NCBI GenBank assembly: GCA_900128565.1
Contig: LT635916.1
Coordinates: forward strand, 1-60,587
Direction of reading: 5' to 3'
Length of the DNA stretch: 60,587 nt
Source: Stramenopiles sp. TOSAG23-6
Lineage: Eukaryota
Position numbers and translations under genes: made by a program. Below are positions 54,127-60,587 of the stretch, in pieces. The first letter of the stretch is position 1, and each line of letters opens with the position of its first letter. The notes below the pieces were generated by a model, which worked only from the letters and a program-made list of their open reading frames with translations, was not told the origin of the DNA and searched no databases.

Positions 54127-55710
54127 TTAACGCTTCCCTGATTTACCAGGTAACACTCGAAATAACTCTTGAACAGCTGATACAACAACCGGCCATTGTT
54201 GATCATTCATTAATGGCATATTGTGAGGACTTCTAGATTCACCGAGAAGTTCGATGCTCAATGAATTGGCTGGACCATTAATAGGTGCTTTTCCATAACC
54301 AAAATTTTTATTACTACTGCCAAAACTTGAAGAACCACTTCCATCCGAAACAGATCTTGAAGCAGATGCAATAGCACCACCAGTTATAGTGGAAGTAAAT
54401 TCCGACACATTAATATTTGAAGAATCCATATCATTATCTTGAATACCAGTTAAACCACTATAAAGGGAAGCTCCAGAGTAGCGAATGATGTCATCATTTT
54501 TGTGGAAAAGTATAACACATTTACATGATAGGTCTTTTGTGGATTGTTTCCACACATTACCAACATCAAGAGTCCATCCAAGATTACTCATGATCCATGG
54601 CACGGAAACTCTTAAAAAACGTAAAAAGTAGTTTTTGTTTCCAAAACGAGCAAGAACTGGAGATAACACTGATAGAGGAACTGATGGGAGTGAAATAAAT
54701 GTTCGATCTAAGAGTAAAGGACACATTTCAAATGTTCCAGATGACAACAACCACGTCGGGGGTGATTTCTCCATTTCTGCTCGCATTAATGCTGCAACAG
54801 AACCACCTAGTGAATGACCATATAATAAAATATTTTCGGGTCTCGCTTTCTCTTCAAGAATTAAGTGCTTTAAACAAGCCATTCCATCTATAACTAAATC
54901 TTGATCATACAAAGCAACACCACCACTTTTACACACACCGCGATAATTCATAGTCATGATATTGCAGTTAAATTCTTTACTGAATATCATTGACTCTTGA
55001 GAATGTAATTCAAATAAACCTCCGTTTCCTAAAAACATCAGTATCCACTTCTTGTCCTCACATTTTTTACTTACTGAACTATTATGATATTTAGCAACAT
55101 TAATTGAAACATTATCTGAAGTAGTAATATTCAACAATTTCCAACCTTGCTTTGACATATTTTGGCGTATATTTTCAAGGTTGAGATTGCGATACAGAAG
55201 TTTACTAGAAAAAAAAGGGGACATGCTGGCAGGCAAAATAACACCACGAACAATAAGTAGTCGAAAAGTATAGGCACATATTATAATAATTGAAGCAAAA
55301 ATGAATCCAATGCCAGCGAAAATAGGGACACTGGTATTCCATGATAAACCAGAATAACCTAAATTATCTAAAATATAATACCCTGCGAGGCCACTGCAAA
55401 TAGAAGTTGTCGCCACGGTCAACCAGCAATCTCGGATTACCACAAACATCACATGCCCAAAAGCAGCTTGGAAGCAAAATAAACATAAAAATCCAAATGA
55501 TGCAAATATCAATGATAATAAAACACACATGGCAACAGAAAATACAACAAATGACTCAAAAAGAACAGCAATAATCAATGAAGCCGATAATGATGCTGAT
55601 ACCAAAGGTGCTAACTCGAACTTAGAAGTCATTATTATGGGCAGCGCGATGGCAAGAAAAACAAAACAAACAGATACCATCTTCAGTAGCGGTATTCTTG
55701 AACTTTCCAT
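54127..55710 (-). CDS. Multi-TM alpha/beta hydrolase (ABHD-like)
   Basis: N-terminal TM bundle, FLGNG, NYRGV, YGHSLGG nucleophile motif, candidate Asp (DDII) and His (HN). Confidence 0.85.
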   Translation of the reverse strand: MESSRIPLLKMVSVCFVFLAIALPIIMTSKFELAPLVSASLSASLIIAVLFESFVVFSVAMCVLLSLIFASFGFLCLFCFQAAFGHVMFVVIRDCWLTVATTSICSGLAGYYILDNLGYSGLSWNTSVPIFAGIGFIFASIIIICAYTFRLLIVRGVILPASMSPFFSSKLLYRNLNLENIRQNMSKQGWKLLNITTSDNVSINVAKYHNSSVSKKCEDKKWILMFLGNGGLFELHSQESMIFSKEFNCNIMTMNYRGVCKSGGVALYDQDLVIDGMACLKHLILEEKARPENILLYGHSLGGSVAALMRAEMEKSPPTWLLSSGTFEMCPLLLDRTFISLPSVPLSVLSPVLARFGNKNYFLRFLRVSVPWIMSNLGWTLDVGNVWKQSTKDLSCKCVILFHKNDDIIRYSGASLYSGLTGIQDNDMDSSNINVSEFTSTITGGAIASASRSVSDGSGSSSFGSSNKNFGYGKAPINGPANSLSIELLGESRSPHNMPLMNDQQWPVVVSAVQELFRVLPGKSGKR

Positions 55711-56068
55711 TCTACTATAATACAAATGGAAGCAATATAACTATTTTCAGTTTGAATAATACTTTGGAATAGTCAATGTAGACGAAGCTATATTAGAAAT
55801 CACAGCCTATTTTTAGCATATATATTATAATCAAAATCTTAATAAATTCTTCTACTCTCTAAAAAAATTTAGTTCGAAACTGGGAAGAAAAAAATATTAT
55901 ATTTTTCGTGTTTATTTTAAATATTCAATATTTTTAATTTCATTTACTTTTAATAAAAGGGAACCAAGATAACTTGATTGCATGTTGTTGATATGAATAT
56001 GATAAAGAAACATCTACTCAGAAGTTTTTTTAGATATCAATTCACTTTCTTTGATTATTTACTCGCTT

Positions 56069-57319
56069 TTATACAGCTGAAATGACATACACCTTTCTGT
56101 TATTTAAAGGTTGTGTTGGTCTATATTTATTTGTTTCACCACCTAAAGCTTTTTGAAGTGTGGAAAGTTGCTTTTCACTGCACGTTAGTGACTCAGTTGC
56201 GATATTCCATAGACAGCGTTCAGCACAAGGAGGAGTAGTAAGAGACCCCATATACAAATAAAGTGATGCGTTCTTATTTTCAAAAACTTTGGATAATTCT
56301 TTAAGTTCGATAGTTCCCAAGGGTTGCGCTTTATCAGTTAGGTTCATAGGCATTTTTTGACATAGTTGTTCCAAAAAATCACTCGAAGCACCAATTTTGA
56401 AAAAAGCAGCAACAAATGCAATTTGACCCGAATCACCATTCACATGAGCAAACTGAATTTCAAGGGGATATCTCATACCATCCACTGTATGCTCACTTGG
56501 GCATCTGAACTGAAATTGCTTGCACTTGAATGAACGATATCCATCTGAAAGGAAATCTCCGCCCTTCCAATTTACATGAATAGTTTGACCATTATTAAGT
56601 ATCTCACCAGAGACTGCTATATATTTTGGTTTCCACATCATGGCACTAGTTCCCACTAAAATATTTGCAGTGACAATATTAATTGGTGACTGGCTCTTCC
56701 CTGCTTTTGCAGCCCTGTTTAACGGTGATAAATTATGCCATTCGCTAGGACCATTATATCCAAAATAACCCCAGTGTGCAGGTGCCACGATTTCTTCAAG
56801 GTCTTCTTGAGAGTATCCTAACCCTTCAAGAGCACCGGGTGAGACTTTCTTATTTAGCATAATAAATAAAAAATCATGAAAACTAATAGTAGACTTTTTC
56901 TTTAGTGCCTTCCGTTTAATTTTATCAAATATGCTTTTTCCACTTTTATCAATCACAGGAACACTGGGTAAGTCGTGTTTTTTTTGCCACTGTGTAATTA
57001 AACTCTGAATTGGAGGTTCCCGCTTCCATGTTTTCAAAAACTGATCCTTAGAAATACTTCCATCCATATTCAATGACATATGGTCAAATATAATCCGCAA
57101 ATGAAGGTCTCTCTGAAGCATCGAAGGCAACAACGTACCCACTGCCTCCATATAAGAGTTGATCAAATTAGTGTCCTCAGCAGAAAAAAAATTCTCGCAT
57201 TTTGCAGGAATCCCTTGTACTTTTTCACGTAACTCCTCAAGTAAAAATCTCGCTTTGTGAAAACTCTTCCTAGCTTCGAAATATTGGTCCTTAACTTTCA
57301 TCTCAATCGATTTATCCAT
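56069..57319 (-). CDS. Alpha carbonic anhydrase-related protein lacking Zn-binding histidines, with degenerate EF-hand-like N-terminus
   Basis: HWGY...QSPINI, NNGQTI, QFQFRCPSEHTVDG..YPLEIQFAH, YMGSLTTPPC, YRPTQPLNNR. Confidence 0.87.
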   Translation of the reverse strand: MDKSIEMKVKDQYFEARKSFHKARFLLEELREKVQGIPAKCENFFSAEDTNLINSYMEAVGTLLPSMLQRDLHLRIIFDHMSLNMDGSISKDQFLKTWKREPPIQSLITQWQKKHDLPSVPVIDKSGKSIFDKIKRKALKKKSTISFHDFLFIMLNKKVSPGALEGLGYSQEDLEEIVAPAHWGYFGYNGPSEWHNLSPLNRAAKAGKSQSPINIVTANILVGTSAMMWKPKYIAVSGEILNNGQTIHVNWKGGDFLSDGYRSFKCKQFQFRCPSEHTVDGMRYPLEIQFAHVNGDSGQIAFVAAFFKIGASSDFLEQLCQKMPMNLTDKAQPLGTIELKELSKVFENKNASLYLYMGSLTTPPCAERCLWNIATESLTCSEKQLSTLQKALGGETNKYRPTQPLNNRKVYVISAV

Positions 57320-57464
57320 TCTCTAATAAAGCTCTAAGAAGGCATACCCGATTTCGAGAGGCTTTGTAGTTTAGAGCTGTTGTTGTTGTTATAGTATCTA
57401 TTAGTATCTATACGTACATTTTCGACGATCTTTAATTTTTCTTTTCTTCGAAAAAAAAGTACAC

Positions 57465-57480
57465 AACCCTAACCCTAGCC
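57465..57480. promoter_or_regulatory. Telo-box-like motif AACCCTAACCCTAGCC (reverse orientation)
   Basis: ~105 nt before ATG 57586 in a divergent intergenic region; reverse complement matches 53277-53290. Confidence 0.55.
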
Positions 57481-57585
57481 AGCCAAAATTCAAGTAGCGT
57501 GCGTCAGAAGTTCAGAACTCAGAAGAAGAGGAAATAAAATAACTCTAAATCTGCTAAACTAAGTGTTTAGTGAAGTGAATATTGC

Positions 57586-60012
57586 ATGATGAATAGGGGA
57601 AGTGACACACATCGTCGCAGGCGAAGCCGTAGTCATAGTCGCAGTAGAAGTCGTGATCGAAATCGTCGTCGTGATCATGAAGGCTCGTATAAAAAGTCGC
57701 GTGAAGATGCTTGGGCAAGCGGTGGTGGTGACAGATATTCTAAATCACGTGGTGGTGACAGATACTCTAATTCGAGATATGATGATAGATATTCTCCTGG
57801 GGGCGACAGATACGGTGACAGATACTCTAATTCGAGATATGATGACAGATATTCTCGTGGGGACAGATATTCTAGTCCACGTGGTGGTGACAGATATTCT
57901 AGCTCACGCCGAAATGACTATCATAGAGAGCTAAAACATGGCGGCTACGACTCTCGCGCTGGTGAGCGTAAAGGGCCAGAACCACAAGGTCCTGTGCGGC
58001 GTCAAAATAATCCACAGTGGGACTTTGGAATTCCCTTTAAAAATATTTCTGAAAAGGGGAGCGATGCAAAGGAACGCTTTCGTATTGATGGTCGACCACT
58101 AGTCAAATCTGAAATGAATGGAACATTGGAAACTCCTAATGCTACAACTGAGTCTAACCAATCTGGGGGTTGGGCTATTCGACCAGATGTCGAATATGCT
58201 AGGTATAAAGCTGTTGAAAGGTTACGTCGTATTTTACAAGATACTTCAAGGAAGCGTTTAGGAATTAAAGTGCCACGTTTAGCTTTTGAGCGTTGGCTAT
58301 TGGAACAAGTAGCTCGTCCATACCACCCTTCTTCAGGATGCGATCCTTGCTTACGTCATCCTCAGTCTTGTTGGGATACTGATGTAATTCGTAGAGAACT
58401 TCTTGCAGAGTTACCTTGTCGAATATTTGGTTTTAGACAGAAGAAAAATCCAACTCGATTGTATAAAAACTTAAAACAATGGGTTGATGCTGGTTGTAGG
58501 TGGATTGATAAATTGAGCAAATCTCGAGATACTGTGGCGTCTTCACAAACTTGCAAGAATGTAAATAGTAGTGGTTCTGTTCCTATGAATAAATCGGATA
58601 TATCTGCCGATAATGTTGTAGAAAAATATAATACTACTAGTCAAGTGGAGGATAAAGATGAGAAATTTGTTCCAGTGACCCGTCCTTCAGTTGATAGTTC
58701 TGGGGGGGATAAATTACAACGACATTCCTTTGAAGGTGTGTCTGTAGAAGCTCATCATATTTCTGTGTCTGATAATGATGGAATTCTTATTGCTTGTACA
58801 AAGGCAAAAACATTCCTTGATAATGCCGACGTATTTCTTCAAGATTGTAACGTCCAAGGTATACATAGAAAGAGGGGCGACTTCACTGACCCTCAACTTA
58901 TTGAAGACCAACTCAAAATTTTACGAGATGAATGTGCTCCCTTGTTTAATAAAATTGTACTTCCTGATGTCGATTTTGTGTGCAAAACACTTAGTGATGC
59001 TGCTGTTCGTGTTGTAACCGACCTTGCTTCTTTATCAGCAAAAGAACAAGTGGGAGAGTCCAAAATTGAAATCATTGAAGGTGGTCGACATAGAGGCAGT
59101 TTAGAAGGATTAGTTCGTGTAAGTTTCAAAGACGATTATTTAGAATTGAATTTGCAACATCTTACGAAACTTCGAACTCTCTACACCATACATAATGCAA
59201 CTCTTTCAACAATGGCTAATGATGTAACAGCTGACACACAAAACGTTGTTCAGTTGTCTTCAAATACAAAAGATGGGGTTGAGAAAGAAGAAGAATCTAA
59301 TGGAAGTATTGAAAAAACGTACAATCCTGATACAATTCGCTTGTTAGACCCAGTACATTTAGGATATAATTCGAATTGTGACCCAGACTTGAAACGTTTC
59401 CCTGATGCACTGTACTCTTTAGCGCGGCGATATCATACTTTTATTGGCAGTGATTCAGGAAATATGCATGCTGCTGCAAGTGAGGGTACATTCAGGTGTA
59501 TGATTGATGAATTTGAAGTTTGTATGGAATCGTATGGATCTCCTTTTAATTGTTTCTTTCAACGTTTTGGATCTGCATTTCCTGATACGGATGGACCATT
59601 TGGATCAGTAGGTTCATTTTTTGATTATACTCCAGTGGAAGGTTCTTTTGAATGTGGACCACCATACGTTCAAGAAACGATGGATCGAATGGCTGAGCGA
59701 ATAGATGTTCTATTAGAACAGTCACAGAGACCATTATCATTTATTGTATTTGTACCCGATTGGTATGATCCCCCATTGCCAGCAAAAATTACGATGGAAA
59801 AAAGTAAATTTTTGAGAGCGGATCTTGTAGCACCAGGAAATGGGCATACTTATGTTGTTGGTTTACAGCATAAACCTTTAGCACAAGGACGCAAGCGATA
59901 TTACAAAGTACCTCATGGAACTCACCTTTACTGGATGCAAAATGATGCTGGGTTTGCAAAGTGGCCACCAACAAAAGAAAAACTTGCTAAATTACAAAAA
60001 GCTCTTGGATAA
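57586..60012 (+). CDS. PCIF1/CAPAM-like cap-adjacent adenosine methyltransferase-domain protein with RS/DRYS-repeat N-terminus
   Basis: AFERWLLE, LARRYHTF, ESYGSPFNCFF..FGSAFPDTDGPFGSVGSFFDYTPVEGSFECGPPY, PLSFIVFVPDW, HTYVVGLQH, WMQNDAG..KWP. Confidence 0.82.
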   Translation: MMNRGSDTHRRRRSRSHSRSRSRDRNRRRDHEGSYKKSREDAWASGGGDRYSKSRGGDRYSNSRYDDRYSPGGDRYGDRYSNSRYDDRYSRGDRYSSPRGGDRYSSSRRNDYHRELKHGGYDSRAGERKGPEPQGPVRRQNNPQWDFGIPFKNISEKGSDAKERFRIDGRPLVKSEMNGTLETPNATTESNQSGGWAIRPDVEYARYKAVERLRRILQDTSRKRLGIKVPRLAFERWLLEQVARPYHPSSGCDPCLRHPQSCWDTDVIRRELLAELPCRIFGFRQKKNPTRLYKNLKQWVDAGCRWIDKLSKSRDTVASSQTCKNVNSSGSVPMNKSDISADNVVEKYNTTSQVEDKDEKFVPVTRPSVDSSGGDKLQRHSFEGVSVEAHHISVSDNDGILIACTKAKTFLDNADVFLQDCNVQGIHRKRGDFTDPQLIEDQLKILRDECAPLFNKIVLPDVDFVCKTLSDAAVRVVTDLASLSAKEQVGESKIEIIEGGRHRGSLEGLVRVSFKDDYLELNLQHLTKLRTLYTIHNATLSTMANDVTADTQNVVQLSSNTKDGVEKEEESNGSIEKTYNPDTIRLLDPVHLGYNSNCDPDLKRFPDALYSLARRYHTFIGSDSGNMHAAASEGTFRCMIDEFEVCMESYGSPFNCFFQRFGSAFPDTDGPFGSVGSFFDYTPVEGSFECGPPYVQETMDRMAERIDVLLEQSQRPLSFIVFVPDWYDPPLPAKITMEKSKFLRADLVAPGNGHTYVVGLQHKPLAQGRKRYYKVPHGTHLYWMQNDAGFAKWPPTKEKLAKLQKALG

Positions 60013-60313
60013 ATAAGTAAAACACCTTTGTAATTTTGAAAGGGCAAAAAATATTTAAGAGTCGTACTATTAATTTTATACTTGATGATTCTTATTTGAA
60101 ATGAAAAATAGTTTATAAATTATAAAAGAAAAACTGTATTGTTGATTTATAGCTTTTAGCTCTCTCAGGTTTAAATTTCAGATTTGAGATTGCCGAACAT
60201 TATAAAATATAAATATTAGTAAAATTGTCAATATTATTTTCTATTACTATTAGTTTATTATAATAATTTTGGATTTCGTGTCTTTTTCATAATAGCTAAT
60301 AAGACCAAGGGAA

Positions 60314-60587
60314 CAAGGTTATAGAATTGGGAAGGAATGACACGAAATTTGAAAAAAAAAAATAATTCACCTACCAAAATTTCATACCTAAAGCAGAACA
60401 CGAAATCCTGCTGGAATCATCTTTAGCAACTCAAAAATAATTGAATTTACTATAAAACCAATTTCAAATTTATTATTTTTTTTTTTGCTACAAAATTTTT
60501 GTACTTAACAATTTTTTTTTATTTTTGAGTTGCTAAAGATGATTCCAGCAGGATTTCGTGTCATTCCTTCCCAATTCTATAACCTTG
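60314..60587. repeat. Interrupted long inverted repeat at the window end
   Basis: 60314-60348 is the reverse complement of 60553-60587 (35 nt); 60398-60440 is the reverse complement of 60519-60561 (43 nt). Confidence 0.9.

Overview
AT-rich, very gene-dense eukaryotic (protist-like) nuclear DNA with about 27 mostly single-exon genes in almost perfectly alternating orientation. Recognisable products: CYP51 with a C-terminal cytochrome b5 domain, GMC oxidoreductase, TPR glycosyltransferase, EF-hand protein, PYROXD1, giant Cys-rich secreted protein, CDC48-family AAA ATPase, METTL21-like methyltransferase, neuferricin, renalase-like oxidoreductase, ankyrin proteins, a TIP41-WD40 fusion, DnaJ with five GYF_2 domains, TVP38/TMEM64, PP2C, a DUF5672-GT17 fusion, two JmjC proteins, NDUFB8, an alpha/beta hydrolase, an apparently acatalytic alpha carbonic anhydrase and a PCIF1-like protein. 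The standout is a family of three similar 92-93 nt inserts in three unrelated genes (3134-3226, 8075-8166, 27775-27866). Each starts GTATGTTTTAT, carries a TTCGTRCGAA palindrome and a TTTTGTACCTAA branch-point-like motif, and ends AATAYAT rather than YAG. Exact removal restores each reading frame, suggesting a mobile, non-canonical GT-AT intron (introner-like) class alongside two ordinary GT-AG introns. A telomere-like TAGGGTTAGGG motif also recurs about 75-105 nt upstream of four start codons. All product calls come from motif recognition by eye, not database searches.
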